Positions 15,542 through 25,681 of a stretch of 27,729 nucleotides of DNA are shown one piece after another. This DNA comes from Cyanobacteria bacterium J06626_4 (lineage in GTDB: Bacteria; Cyanobacteriota; Cyanobacteriia; Phormidesmidales; Phormidesmidaceae): positions 1 through 27,729 of the forward strand of contig JBCBJQ010000077.1 in assembly GCA_038523235.1 (NCBI GenBank), given 5' to 3'. The notes under the pieces were generated by a model. The model was not told the DNA's origin, searched no databases, and saw only the letters and a list, made by a program, of their open reading frames with translations. Both the position numbers and the translations under genes were made by a program. Each line of letters starts with the position of its first letter. The stretch's first letter is position 1.

Positions 15542-18226
15542 ATGATGGAAAAGTGGTTGCCCGGTTTGAGTTTGCTAACGCTGATAACCGTCGTGAGTGG
15601 ACAAGGGGCGCAAGCGCAAACGCTGACTGGTCAGTTTGCATCGGGGCTAGACGACGCAAGCGCCATAGATGCTGAAGCAGCGACACAAGCAGCGCAAGCA
15701 CAAGCTGTCGATCCACTCTCCTCCGCTTACTCTCTTTCCTCCTCCCCTCCCTCTGCCGACAACTCCCTCTTTCCCCAACCTGCCACCACCGTCACCGAAT
15801 GGCTTGCTCAAATCGAGGCGTCACGGGTGCAAATCACTGGAGTGCGGCTAGAAGAAACCGCCGCAGGCTTGCAAATTATTTTAGAAACGGCTGAGGGTGA
15901 ACTCACTGCACCCACCACGACCGTGTCAGGCAATGCCCTGATTGCGGAAATTCCCAATGCGGTGCTGGCGCTGCCAGAGGGCGATGAGTTTCAGCAGTTT
16001 GAACCGGCTGAGGGCATTGCCCTGGTACAGGTCACGGAGTTGCCCAATGACCGAGTACAGGTGGTGATTACCGGCACAGATGCCGCTCCAACCGCAATGG
16101 TCGATACTGATGTCACGGGGTTGACGCTGAGTCTAACGCCTGGCGTTGCTGCTGCCGATGCCGTGGATGATGACGCGCTGCGAGTGGTGGTGACCGGCGA
16201 AGAAGGGAGCCGCTATGTGGAGCCAACGGCTACCACGGGCACTCGTACCGATACCCCCCTGCGCGATATTCCCCAGTCGATTCAGGTGATTCCGCAGGAG
16301 GTGCTCGAAGATCAGCAGGTGACTAATTTGGCTGACGCCTTGCGAAACGTCAGTGGTGTAACCCCTTCTAGAAGTGGTAACGATGGCACCGGGCTGCGGC
16401 TTAACGTGCGGGGCTTTGAAGATGCTTCTGTGTTGCGAGATGGTTTTCGTCTCACCTTTGGCGGTACTGGCGGGCTTAGTTCTCAAGATCTCTCCAATAT
16501 TGAGCAGATTGAAGTCCTCAAAGGACCTGCGGCCATCTTGTTTGGGGTCACTGAACCAGGAGGGGTGGTTAACTTGGTTACCGAGCAGCCCTTGAGTGAA
16601 CCCTTCTACGAACTCGGATTCAGGGTTGGCAATCGGGGATTAATCAACCCGACCATCGATATTTCTGGACCGCTTACCGAGGATAGGCGTTTGCTTTATC
16701 GCTTGAACGCTGCTTACAGCACTGAAGACTACTTTCGCGATTTTGATACCGATATTGAACGCTTCTTTTTTGCCCCGGTTGTGAGTGGAAAAATCAATGA
16801 GAATACCGATTTGACGGTCTATTTGGAATATCTGGATGAGGAGCGTCCTGCTGATTTTGGCCTTGTCGCGATCGGCGATGGAGTGGCCGATATTCCCTTT
16901 GACCGAGCATTAGGGGAACCAGGGGATTTTTCCGAAAATGAAACCTTACGAATAGGCTATACCTTCGAACATCGCTTTAACGACAGCTTGACACTACGCA
17001 ACGCTTTTAGCTACTACAACGTTGATTTTGACTCTCTAAATACCTCCAGCTTTTTCCCTATAGGCTTCGATGAGTCGACCGGAGACTTACTCCGAGCCAC
17101 TATCTTTTTAGGCGATGATGATCCACCTCTAGAAAACTTTGACCTGCAGACAAATCTCGTTGCCGAATTCAATACAGGCGATATTGAGCACACTATATTA
17201 GCCGGGGTGGATCTATTCCGACAGAATGATGGTGCTTTTCTACAAGGTAATGTATTTGCACCTATTCCTCTTAATATCTTCGACCCTATTTACGGAAACG
17301 TGCCGGATCAAGATCCATCTGATCTTCCGCTCATTTCTAGTACTGAAAGTCAGATAGATGCACTTGGTGTCTACCTTCAAGACCAAGTATCCTTGGCCGA
17401 TAATCTTAAGCTTCTGCTCGGCATCCGCTATGACACCTTTGAACAAGAAAATATCACTAATCCATCACTCTTTGCCCCAACCACGTCTGAGTCTTCTCTT
17501 TCAGCAGATGCTTTCAGCCCGAGAGCTGGGTTAGTGTATCAACCCATTGAGGAAGTGTCTCTATTTACTAGTTACAGTCGTTCTTTTGTGCCCAACACGG
17601 CAACTACGTTCAATGGCGATATTCTAGAGCCAGAAAGGGGCGAACAGTTTGAAATCGGAGCGAAAGCGGAACTTTTAGATGGCCGTCTGGCAGTGAGTCT
17701 GGCCTATTTTGACATCACCTTACAGAATGTTGCCACCCCCGATCCAAACTTTCCTCAATTTTCTGTCGCTACGGGCGAGCAGCGCAGCCAAGGCGTTGAA
17801 TTTGACCTGATCGGTGAAATTCTACCAGGGTGGAATCTGGTGACAAACTACGCCTATACCGACGCGAGAATCACATCAGATAATAATGATTTAGAAGGCA
17901 ATCGGCTGTATAACGTGCCCGAACACAACTTTAATTTGTGGACGACCTACGATATCCGAGAGGGGCCTTTAGCAGGATTGGGGTTTGGCCTCGGCTTGAA
18001 TTATGTCGGTGAGCGATTTGGCGATAACGCGAATAGCTTTACCGTAGATGACTACTTCCTCACAAATGCGGCCATCTCTTATCGTCGCAACAATTGGCAA
18101 GCGGGCCTAAACTTTCAAAACTTGTTCGATGTCGATTACATCCAGAGTACTGGCAATAGCAGAACCTCCAGAATTGATCCAGGTGAGGGATTCACCGTAA
18201 TTGGTTCATTCTCAATTGAGTTTTGA
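15542..18226 (+). CDS. TonB-dependent siderophore receptor 1 with N-terminal AMIN domain
   Basis: Signal peptide, AMIN-type VQITGVRLEETAAGLQIILET, TonB box LRVVVTG, plug TRTDTPLRDIPQSIQV and IEVLKGPAAILFG, terminal Phe. Start follows GTGTGAGGA. Confidence 0.95.
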   Translation: MMEKWLPGLSLLTLITVVSGQGAQAQTLTGQFASGLDDASAIDAEAATQAAQAQAVDPLSSAYSLSSSPPSADNSLFPQPATTVTEWLAQIEASRVQITGVRLEETAAGLQIILETAEGELTAPTTTVSGNALIAEIPNAVLALPEGDEFQQFEPAEGIALVQVTELPNDRVQVVITGTDAAPTAMVDTDVTGLTLSLTPGVAAADAVDDDALRVVVTGEEGSRYVEPTATTGTRTDTPLRDIPQSIQVIPQEVLEDQQVTNLADALRNVSGVTPSRSGNDGTGLRLNVRGFEDASVLRDGFRLTFGGTGGLSSQDLSNIEQIEVLKGPAAILFGVTEPGGVVNLVTEQPLSEPFYELGFRVGNRGLINPTIDISGPLTEDRRLLYRLNAAYSTEDYFRDFDTDIERFFFAPVVSGKINENTDLTVYLEYLDEERPADFGLVAIGDGVADIPFDRALGEPGDFSENETLRIGYTFEHRFNDSLTLRNAFSYYNVDFDSLNTSSFFPIGFDESTGDLLRATIFLGDDDPPLENFDLQTNLVAEFNTGDIEHTILAGVDLFRQNDGAFLQGNVFAPIPLNIFDPIYGNVPDQDPSDLPLISSTESQIDALGVYLQDQVSLADNLKLLLGIRYDTFEQENITNPSLFAPTTSESSLSADAFSPRAGLVYQPIEEVSLFTSYSRSFVPNTATTFNGDILEPERGEQFEIGAKAELLDGRLAVSLAYFDITLQNVATPDPNFPQFSVATGEQRSQGVEFDLIGEILPGWNLVTNYAYTDARITSDNNDLEGNRLYNVPEHNFNLWTTYDIREGPLAGLGFGLGLNYVGERFGDNANSFTVDDYFLTNAAISYRRNNWQAGLNFQNLFDVDYIQSTGNSRTSRIDPGEGFTVIGSFSIEF

Positions 18227-18324
18227 ACGCGCTGTCCGGTTGATTTTTACTATCCCCTAAACACACGAAGGCCAGTCCTTTAGTGACTGGCAACATCATT
18301 TTTTCATAAGTTTAGAATTGACCA

Positions 18325-19431
18325 ATGTTGATATGGAAGCGGATTACTAGTTGGCTGGCGTTAAGTATCCTGACGGCAAGTCTCGTCGTCGGATGCGGTC
18401 TTGCTGCCAACTATAACGACTCAGGAAGTGACTCCACTGGAGAGGCTGCAACCCAATCATTGGCAGCTGATTGTCGCTTGATTGAACATGATCTGGGCGA
18501 GACGGAAGTCTGTGGGGAACCTCAGAAAGTGGTGACGCTGAGTCTCCATATGCTCGATTTGCTGCTGTCGCTAGACAGGCAACCTGTCGCCGCGACGATG
18601 ACGCTGAATTTTCACCGAGGCGACATTTTTGATGACCCAGCACAGCAAATTCCTTACCTGGGCGATCGCGTCACGACTGAGCCGGTAAACCTAGGCGATG
18701 ATCATACGCCCTCTCTAGAAAAGCTAGCTGCCCTCAAGCCAGACTTGATTATCGGCGAGGTGGGGCGTAATGCTAGCCAGTATGACCTGCTATCTCAGAT
18801 TGCTCCTACACTCCTGTGGCAGGATCGCACCGAGCAAGATAAGTGGCAGAAAAGCCTGCGCGATCTCGCAACTGCCCTGGGGCAGGCTGAAAAAGCCGAA
18901 ACCGTGCTTCAGCAGGTTGAGACTCGCATTGCGGATGTGCGGGCTGACTTTATCGATGTGGTCGCCGCACACCCCAATCTGTTGGTATTGGGCGCGAATG
19001 ACCCAGATGAGGGCTTTTTAGTGGTCAAGCCTGATGGTTATTTGGGTGAATTACTCAGTGGCATCGGGTTTCAGCTCATCCCACCCCCGCCGGCTTCCCT
19101 TGACGCAAACAATCCACTGATGTCGATTGAAGCCCTGCCAGCCCTGAATGAGGCGGACAGCATCATTGTTTTGGGCTGGAATGCTGATGTCGATGAGGGG
19201 CTAGAAAATTCTGACGCCTCTAGTGATGAGTCGGCAACGCAGCAGATTGAGTCTCATCAGGGGCGGGCCATTCAACAGAATTGGCAAGCCAATGCGATCG
19301 CCCAATCCCTCACCGCTAGTCAAGCCAACCGCGTTTACTTCGCCACTTTCTACAAATGGAATGGGCTCAATGGCCCCATCAGTGCTGAGCTGATTTTGGC
19401 AGAATTGCGGCAGTTTTTCTTGAGTGAGTAA
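18325..19431 (+). CDS. Iron-siderophore ABC transporter substrate-binding lipoprotein
   Basis: Lipobox LVVGC, CRLIEHDLGETEVCGEPQKVV, PSLEKLAALKPDLII, LSQIAPT. Confidence 0.92.
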   Translation: MLIWKRITSWLALSILTASLVVGCGLAANYNDSGSDSTGEAATQSLAADCRLIEHDLGETEVCGEPQKVVTLSLHMLDLLLSLDRQPVAATMTLNFHRGDIFDDPAQQIPYLGDRVTTEPVNLGDDHTPSLEKLAALKPDLIIGEVGRNASQYDLLSQIAPTLLWQDRTEQDKWQKSLRDLATALGQAEKAETVLQQVETRIADVRADFIDVVAAHPNLLVLGANDPDEGFLVVKPDGYLGELLSGIGFQLIPPPPASLDANNPLMSIEALPALNEADSIIVLGWNADVDEGLENSDASSDESATQQIESHQGRAIQQNWQANAIAQSLTASQANRVYFATFYKWNGLNGPISAELILAELRQFFLSE

Positions 19432-19487
19432 AACGGCATGATGATGGCCTTTGCCTGATCGCTCTCCTCTAAATCGGCGACCTGTCT

Positions 19488-19509
19488 TATAATGCAAGCT
19501 ATTCTCATT
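19488..19509 (+). promoter_or_regulatory. -10 TATAAT overlapped by Fur-like box (AraC 2)
   Basis: TATAATGCAAGCTATTCTCATT. Confidence 0.8.
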
Positions 19510-19538
19510 AGTGAGTAGCCTTTGAGCCGGGCATTTCT

Positions 19539-20630
19539 ATGACCAAGTCACCGCTTAAGAATTCTGCCGATGATTGGTTTTTGCCCGGAAGCCTCCATGA
19601 TTCACGGCTGTTTCATACGGATGAGGCTGATTGTATTCAGGTCTGTTCACCTCACGTGGGGCAAGGCTATCGTCAAACCATTTCGCTGCAAGATGATGTG
19701 GCCCTAGTAATTATCGACCATACCCTCAATCAGCCTCGGGTAATTGACAGCCCGGGTGGGGGCAATTGCTTAGAATTTGAATTTCGGCTAGCTGGCCCTG
19801 ACGCTGGGCACAGCTCCTTCATCCCCTATTTTGGCTTAAAAGAGTTCTGGACTCAACCAGCACAGAAACGGTGTTTCAACGTTGAAGTTTGGTTCCAACG
19901 ACCGGCCCTCATGACATATTTTCAAGCCTTTCTGGAGCGCCTGTCGCCTCAAATCCAAGGCAACGCTGAGCGGATCATTCAACTCATCTATCGACGTCAC
20001 GGGGGTGGCTCACGCTCAACCCCAATGGGCATGCTTGGCCAAATTTTCGATCGCGCCAAGGAGGTTGGCCCTCACGGCACTTTTGAGCAAGTTTTGACCG
20101 ATGCTCTCTACGACAGAGCGCTTGTCCTCAATGGCTCCGCTCGCAGCCCAATCACACCGGCCATGGAGCCGGTCATTGGGCAAATTCTCAGTTGTCCGTA
20201 CCAGGGGGCGACCCGCCGCATCTATCTAGAGCGCCAAGCGCTGAAGTTAGTGGGGCTGTATCTGGAAGCCATCGTGCAGCAACAGAGCCAGGAAACGGAT
20301 CTCGATTATATTTGCCAGGCAGGAGCCATTTTGAGAAACCAGCTAGCGAATCCTCCGACGATAGAAGCGCTGGCCCGACAGGTGGGGACAAATCGCTTCT
20401 ATCTGTATCAGGGCTTTCAACAGGTCTACGGAACCACCCCCTTTGGCTACTTACGTGATTGTCGCCTGTGGCAGGCCCGACGGCTGTTGATGACAGCTGA
20501 TCTTTCAATTTGTCAAGTTGCCGCTGCCGTCGGCTACACCAGCCGCAGTAACTTTGCCCTGGCGTTTCGTCAACAGATCGGCCTCAACCCCAAAACATTT
20601 CAAACAGAGGCTTGGCAAAGGGCTATTTAA
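19539..20630 (+). CDS. AraC-family (PchR-like) transcriptional regulator 2
   Basis: Paralog of regulator 1, 363 aa; PPTIEALARQVGTNRFYLYQGF...VGYTSRSNFALAFRQ. Confidence 0.93.
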   Translation: MTKSPLKNSADDWFLPGSLHDSRLFHTDEADCIQVCSPHVGQGYRQTISLQDDVALVIIDHTLNQPRVIDSPGGGNCLEFEFRLAGPDAGHSSFIPYFGLKEFWTQPAQKRCFNVEVWFQRPALMTYFQAFLERLSPQIQGNAERIIQLIYRRHGGGSRSTPMGMLGQIFDRAKEVGPHGTFEQVLTDALYDRALVLNGSARSPITPAMEPVIGQILSCPYQGATRRIYLERQALKLVGLYLEAIVQQQSQETDLDYICQAGAILRNQLANPPTIEALARQVGTNRFYLYQGFQQVYGTTPFGYLRDCRLWQARRLLMTADLSICQVAAAVGYTSRSNFALAFRQQIGLNPKTFQTEAWQRAI

Positions 20631-20642
20631 ACAGTGCCCACT

Positions 20643-20722
20643 AAAAACTGCATCTCGGGTTCAAAATCCCTAGAAAGCAATCAGCAGTTCCCCTACGCTA
20701 ATCGAGAATAATTCGCTTCAAG
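20643..20722 (+). promoter_or_regulatory. TBDT 2 promoter: putative AraC site, -10 TACGCT, Fur-like box
   Basis: AAAAACTGC, CAAAATCCCTAG, TACGCT (20694), GAGAATAATT (20704). Confidence 0.7.
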
Positions 20723-20802
20723 CTCGGTACTACGAGGCCAAACCGCTACTTAGCGTTAGCTATTGGCTCGTTGAGTTGAAGCCATCGTGTGTGAGGAACC
20801 TG

Positions 20803-23493
20803 ATGGAAAAGTGGTCATCGAGCTTAAGTCTGCTCGCTTTATTGATCGTAGCGGGAGCACAGGCAGCGCAGGCGCAAGCGCCGACGCGGCAGGTCGTCTC
20901 TGAGCCACAAGAGGCCAGCAATATAGAGTCGGAAGCGAGTGGACAAGGCGAGAACGTTTCCGAACCAGAAGCGGTTAGCCCAATAGACACTCAAGCAGTC
21001 GAGCGACTCTCCTCTTCTCCTGTCCTGCCGATCAATCTTCCTCCCGACAGCTCACCCTCCTCCCAACCTGCCATCACTGTTGACGAATGGCAAGCGCAAA
21101 TCGAAGCCTCGCTAGTGCAAATCACTGGAGTGCAGCTAGAAGAAACCGCAGCAGGCTTGCAGATTATTTTTGAAACGGCTGAGGGTGAGCTAACTGCACC
21201 CTCAACGACCGTGTCAGGCAATGCTCTGATTGCCGAAATTCCCAATGCGGTGCTGGCGCTGCCGGAGGGTGATGAGTTTCAACAGTTTGAGCCAGCTGAG
21301 GGCATTGCCTTAGTACAAGTAACGGGATTGCCCAATGACCGGGTGCAGGTGGTGATCACCGGTACCAATGCCGCTCCGACGGCAACGGTCAATACCGACA
21401 TCACTGGGCTAACGTTGAGCCTCGTGCCAGGCGTTGCTGCCGCCGATGTCGCTGATGATGAAGCCTTGAGAGTGGTGGTGACTGGCGAGGAGGGCAGTCG
21501 CTATGTGGAGCCCAACACCTCCACCGCTACCCGCACCGATACGCCGCTGCGGGATATTCCCCAGTCCATTCAGGTGGTGCCTCGAGAAGTCCTGGAAGAC
21601 CAGCAAGTGATTACCCTGGAGGATGCCCTACGAAATGTCAGCGGTACTGTCAGCAGTGAACAAACTTTTAATGGTCAACAATTCATTATTCGTGGTTTTG
21701 AGGGTGCCACGATTCTGCAGGATGGGTTGAGACGAAACGACGGGCGGCTGGTTGGATTTGCCGGACTGGCTAACCTTGAATCGGTTGAAGTGCTTAAAGG
21801 CCCAGCCTCGGTTCTCGCTGGCGCAGCGCAGCCAGGGGGAGTCATTAACCTCGTCACCAAGCAGCCCCTGAGTGAGCCATTCTATAACTTGGAACTTCTG
21901 GTTGGTAATCGCGGCTTGATCTCACCCAGCCTTGATTTTTCAGGGCCGCTAACGGCGGATGGACGCTTGCTTTATCGCTTAAATGCGCTCGTCCGAACTG
22001 AAGATAGTTTTCGCGATTTTGATACTGATAGTCGGCAATCCTTTATTGCACCGACGATACATTGGCTGATTAGCGATCGCACCGATTTAACGGTCAGTCT
22101 TGAATACACTGACGATGAGCGACCTGCCGATGGTGGTTTAGTTGCCATTGGCGATGAAGTGGCGGATATTCCATTTGATCGGGTGATCGGTGAACTAGAC
22201 GATACCCGCGAGCGGGAAATTTTACGAGTTGCCTATAATTTTGAGCATCGCCTTAGCGACAACTGGAGGATACGGAATGCCTTCAGTTATCTCAACTCTG
22301 ATGCGGAGAGCACGATTTTCTCACCTGTGTCTCCATCCGCTGACGAAGCAGGCAATATTCTGTTAGCCCCTAGTGCTGTGAAGACTCCTTTAGAAGTGTT
22401 TGATTTACAGACCAATGTTGTCGGTGAATTCAACACGGGGTCAATCGAACACACGTTGTTATTTGGGGTTGACCTATTTCGACTGCGTGAGCCAGGTGCT
22501 CGTGAACTTCGAAGTGATTTTTTCACGCCGATTGCGTTCAACGTATTCGATCCGATTTATGGCACCATTTCTCGTCCCGATATCGAAGATATTTTACTTT
22601 TTTCCGCTCTAGAAATTCGATCTGATACGTTCGGCGTTTATCTCCAGGATCAGGTAACCCTGTTAGATAATCTAAAGCTCCTGGCGGGTGTTCGTTATGA
22701 GACGGTTGAACAAGAAACGATTAATAATCCGACAGATCTCAATCCAACCAGTTCCGAATCAACCCTCAATGAAGACGCCTTTACACCGCGTCTGGGGCTG
22801 GTCTATCAGCCGATCGAAGAGGTTTCACTCTATGGCAGCTATACCACTTCGTTTTTGCCTAATAGTGCAACGACGGTGGATGATGAAATACTTGAACCCG
22901 AACAGGGCGAACAATTTGAAATTGGTGCCAGAGCTGAACTGTTGGAAGGGCGATTAGTAGCCAACTTAGCCTTTTTTGACATCACGAAAGAGAACGTCGC
23001 CACCACTGACCCTGATAACATCTTCTTTTCAGTGGCCACTGGCGAGCAACGCAGCCGAGGCGTTGAGTTAGATATTGCTGGAGAAATTCTGCCAGGGTGG
23101 AACATCATTGCCAACTACGCCTATACGGATGCCGAAATCACTGAGGATGAAGACGGTAACGAAGGCAATCGGCTAACAGGGGTGCCCGAACACAACTTTA
23201 ACCTGTGGACGACCTACGATATTCAGAGTGGCTCCCTCGATGGTCTGGGCTTTGGACTCGGCTTCAACTATGTGAGCGAGCGCTTTGGTGACACAGCCAA
23301 CAGCTTTACTGTTGATGAGTATTTCCTGACCAATGCCGCCGTTTCCTATGAGCGCGATAACTGGCGGGCGGCGCTTAACATTCGCAATTTGTTCAATGTT
23401 GATTATATTGAATCGGCAGGCAGAACCCGAACCCTTGGCATTAGTCCTGGGGAGCCCTTTACTCTGATTGGTTCCTTCGCCATTGAATTTTGA
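20803..23493 (+). CDS. TonB-dependent siderophore receptor 2 with AMIN domain
   Basis: Same architecture as receptor 1, ends SFAIEF; ATG 20803 follows GTGTGAGGA. Confidence 0.95.
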   Translation: MEKWSSSLSLLALLIVAGAQAAQAQAPTRQVVSEPQEASNIESEASGQGENVSEPEAVSPIDTQAVERLSSSPVLPINLPPDSSPSSQPAITVDEWQAQIEASLVQITGVQLEETAAGLQIIFETAEGELTAPSTTVSGNALIAEIPNAVLALPEGDEFQQFEPAEGIALVQVTGLPNDRVQVVITGTNAAPTATVNTDITGLTLSLVPGVAAADVADDEALRVVVTGEEGSRYVEPNTSTATRTDTPLRDIPQSIQVVPREVLEDQQVITLEDALRNVSGTVSSEQTFNGQQFIIRGFEGATILQDGLRRNDGRLVGFAGLANLESVEVLKGPASVLAGAAQPGGVINLVTKQPLSEPFYNLELLVGNRGLISPSLDFSGPLTADGRLLYRLNALVRTEDSFRDFDTDSRQSFIAPTIHWLISDRTDLTVSLEYTDDERPADGGLVAIGDEVADIPFDRVIGELDDTREREILRVAYNFEHRLSDNWRIRNAFSYLNSDAESTIFSPVSPSADEAGNILLAPSAVKTPLEVFDLQTNVVGEFNTGSIEHTLLFGVDLFRLREPGARELRSDFFTPIAFNVFDPIYGTISRPDIEDILLFSALEIRSDTFGVYLQDQVTLLDNLKLLAGVRYETVEQETINNPTDLNPTSSESTLNEDAFTPRLGLVYQPIEEVSLYGSYTTSFLPNSATTVDDEILEPEQGEQFEIGARAELLEGRLVANLAFFDITKENVATTDPDNIFFSVATGEQRSRGVELDIAGEILPGWNIIANYAYTDAEITEDEDGNEGNRLTGVPEHNFNLWTTYDIQSGSLDGLGFGLGFNYVSERFGDTANSFTVDEYFLTNAAVSYERDNWRAALNIRNLFNVDYIESAGRTRTLGISPGEPFTLIGSFAIEF

Positions 23494-23500
23494 CCCGGTG

Positions 23501-24445
23501 ATGCCTATCCAACGTCGCTATTTTTTGCAGATGGGGGCTGCTGCCCTGACCGCCTCTGCTTGCCATAGGGTGATTCAACCCCATGATTCCTCTATCTCCT
23601 CTGCGTCTAAAGATGTAAAACGAGTCAAGCATGCCTTTGGCGAAACTGAGGTCCCGACTAGCCCGACTCGGATCATTGTGATGGGCTATGCCACGGTTGA
23701 AGCAGTCGTGGCCCATGGGGTGCAGCCAATCGGGGTGCCGAATGGTGTCGTTGATGGGATGCCCCATCTCTCGTTGGATGGGGATGCTGTGTTAGACATT
23801 GGTGCTCCAAATCAGCCCAATCTTGAGAAGATGGCTGTCCTGAAGCCGGACCTCATTCTCACCAGCAAAAATAGAGTCCGTGAAGCCTATCCCCTACTGG
23901 CACAGGTTGCCCCAACCATAGTGCTGGATATTGAGAATAATGCTGAGTGGAAAGAATTAACCCGCCTGTGTGGAGAAGTACTGGGCAAACTTACGACAAC
24001 CGAAAAGCTAGCGGTAGCCTACGAAGCCAAGTTGCAGAAAGTCAGGGCTCAATTCTCTCAACAAGGCGAACAACCTCAAGTCTCTATCATATCTGTCTTG
24101 CCGGGGCTGATTACAGCTCTGGGAACTGAGACCTTTTCAGGCAACGTGCTAGCCGATGCTGACTTATCGCGTCCACCCAGCCAAGCTCAGGCACAAGGCC
24201 CACAAAATGTGTCTCTAGAGGCTCTCGATCTTCTCGATGGAGATGTCATGTTCATCGTTAGACCGCAGGCCAACACTGAATGGGATTCAGATGTTCGAGC
24301 TGAAATTGATCGCATACAGGCGCATCCCTTATGGTCTCGTCTCAAGGCTGTGCAAGCTAATCAGGTTTATGAGGTGGGTTCCCATTGGGCGATCGGCAGT
24401 TACATCGCCGCCAATCTCATCCTGGATGATTTGCTGAAGTTGTGA
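23501..24445 (+). CDS. Iron-siderophore substrate-binding lipoprotein with twin-arginine-like signal
   Basis: MPIQRRYFLQMGAAALTASAC, VKHAFGETEVP, PNLEKMAVLKPDLIL, LWSRLKAVQANQVY. Confidence 0.92.
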   Translation: MPIQRRYFLQMGAAALTASACHRVIQPHDSSISSASKDVKRVKHAFGETEVPTSPTRIIVMGYATVEAVVAHGVQPIGVPNGVVDGMPHLSLDGDAVLDIGAPNQPNLEKMAVLKPDLILTSKNRVREAYPLLAQVAPTIVLDIENNAEWKELTRLCGEVLGKLTTTEKLAVAYEAKLQKVRAQFSQQGEQPQVSIISVLPGLITALGTETFSGNVLADADLSRPPSQAQAQGPQNVSLEALDLLDGDVMFIVRPQANTEWDSDVRAEIDRIQAHPLWSRLKAVQANQVYEVGSHWAIGSYIAANLILDDLLKL

Positions 24446-24461
24446 ATTAGCATCGCCAACC

Positions 24462-24483
24462 TATAATGCAAGTTATTCTCATT
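24462..24483 (+). promoter_or_regulatory. -10 TATAAT overlapped by Fur-like box (AraC 3)
   Basis: TATAATGCAAGTTATTCTCATT. Confidence 0.8.
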
Positions 24484-24511
24484 AAAATAGGCGTTTGTAT
24501 CGAGTGCTCTC

Positions 24512-25603
24512 ATGGCGACACCGCTAGTTTTGAATCAGTGGAAAGATGTATTTCTATCTGGCAGCGTCAGTGATTCTCAACTGTTCCATGCGGATGATTC
24601 AGATCAGATTCTGGTCTGTCCGCCTCACTTTGGCCAAGGCTACATCCAGAAAATTCCGCTGGCAGAAGATTTGACACTCGTTATCCACGACTTCACACTC
24701 AATCAGGATGTGGTGATAGCTCCACAGAGAAAAAGTAAACACTTAAAATTTGAGTTTCAGATAACTGGCTTTAATGCCGGATATAGCATGTTTACCCCCT
24801 CATTTGGGTTAAAGCATTTTGGGCTTACGCCCACTCAAAAACGGTTTTTCGAAATTGAAATTATTGTCCAAAACTCATCGCTGATTGAATATCTTCAAGC
24901 ATTTTTAGAGCGTTTATCGCCTCAAATACATAACGATGCTAAAAACATTTTTCAATCTATTTATCGCTATCAGGGCGGCGGTTCAATCGTGACGATGGCC
25001 GGAATGCTCAATCAGATTTTTAGGATTGAAAGTGGCTCAAGTTCTTATGAAACTTTCGAACATTTTCTGACTGAAGATTCCTATTCTGCGCTAGTATCCC
25101 TTGCTCAAGCCGCTCGTTGTCGCATGCCATTAAACATGGAGCAGGTGATCGGGCAAATTCTTAGCTGTCCCTATCAGAAGGCGATCCGTCGCGACTATCT
25201 GAAGGGCAAAGCACTGGAACTAGTATCTCTTTACTTAGAAGCAATGGGGCAGCCGCATATCCGTAAAGTTGATATCCACTGCATTTACCAGGCCGCCGCC
25301 ATCTTGAGAAAACAGCTGGCTGATCCGCCGACGGTAGAGGGCCTCGCTCGCCTAGTAGGGACAAATCGTCTCAAATTGAATCAAGGGTTTCGTGAAGTAT
25401 TTGGTACAACGCCCTTTGACTACTCACGCACCAGTCGTTTATATCATGCTCGCAGGCTGTTGATGACTTCAGATTTACCGATAATAAAAGTCGCAAACGC
25501 CATCGGATATACCTGTCATGGCAAGTTCGCGGTGGCATTTCGTCAACAGTTTGGTATTAATCCAAAGGCATTTCAGATGCAAGCATGGCAATGCATTCTC
25601 TAA
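24512..25603 (+). CDS. AraC-family (PchR-like) transcriptional regulator 3
   Basis: 363 aa paralog; PPTVEGLARLVGTNRLKLNQGF...IGYTCHGKFAVAFRQQFGINP. Confidence 0.93.
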   Translation: MATPLVLNQWKDVFLSGSVSDSQLFHADDSDQILVCPPHFGQGYIQKIPLAEDLTLVIHDFTLNQDVVIAPQRKSKHLKFEFQITGFNAGYSMFTPSFGLKHFGLTPTQKRFFEIEIIVQNSSLIEYLQAFLERLSPQIHNDAKNIFQSIYRYQGGGSIVTMAGMLNQIFRIESGSSSYETFEHFLTEDSYSALVSLAQAARCRMPLNMEQVIGQILSCPYQKAIRRDYLKGKALELVSLYLEAMGQPHIRKVDIHCIYQAAAILRKQLADPPTVEGLARLVGTNRLKLNQGFREVFGTTPFDYSRTSRLYHARRLLMTSDLPIIKVANAIGYTCHGKFAVAFRQQFGINPKAFQMQAWQCIL

Positions 25604-25681
25604 AAAATGCGTTTTGGCCACAAAATCTCTAGTAAGCAATTGGCAATTCCCATACTCTAGCTGACAATCATTTTCTTTAAG
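25603..25681 (+). promoter_or_regulatory. TBDT 3 promoter: putative AraC site, -10 TACTCT, Fur-like box
   Basis: AAAAATGC, CAAAATCTCTAG, TACTCT (25653), GACAATCATT (25663). Confidence 0.7.

Noticed and set aside
18271..18291. Hairpin GCCAGTC/GACTGGC between receptor 1 and its SBP
   Set aside because: No adjacent U-tract; at most an mRNA-stabilising stem, so not called a terminator.
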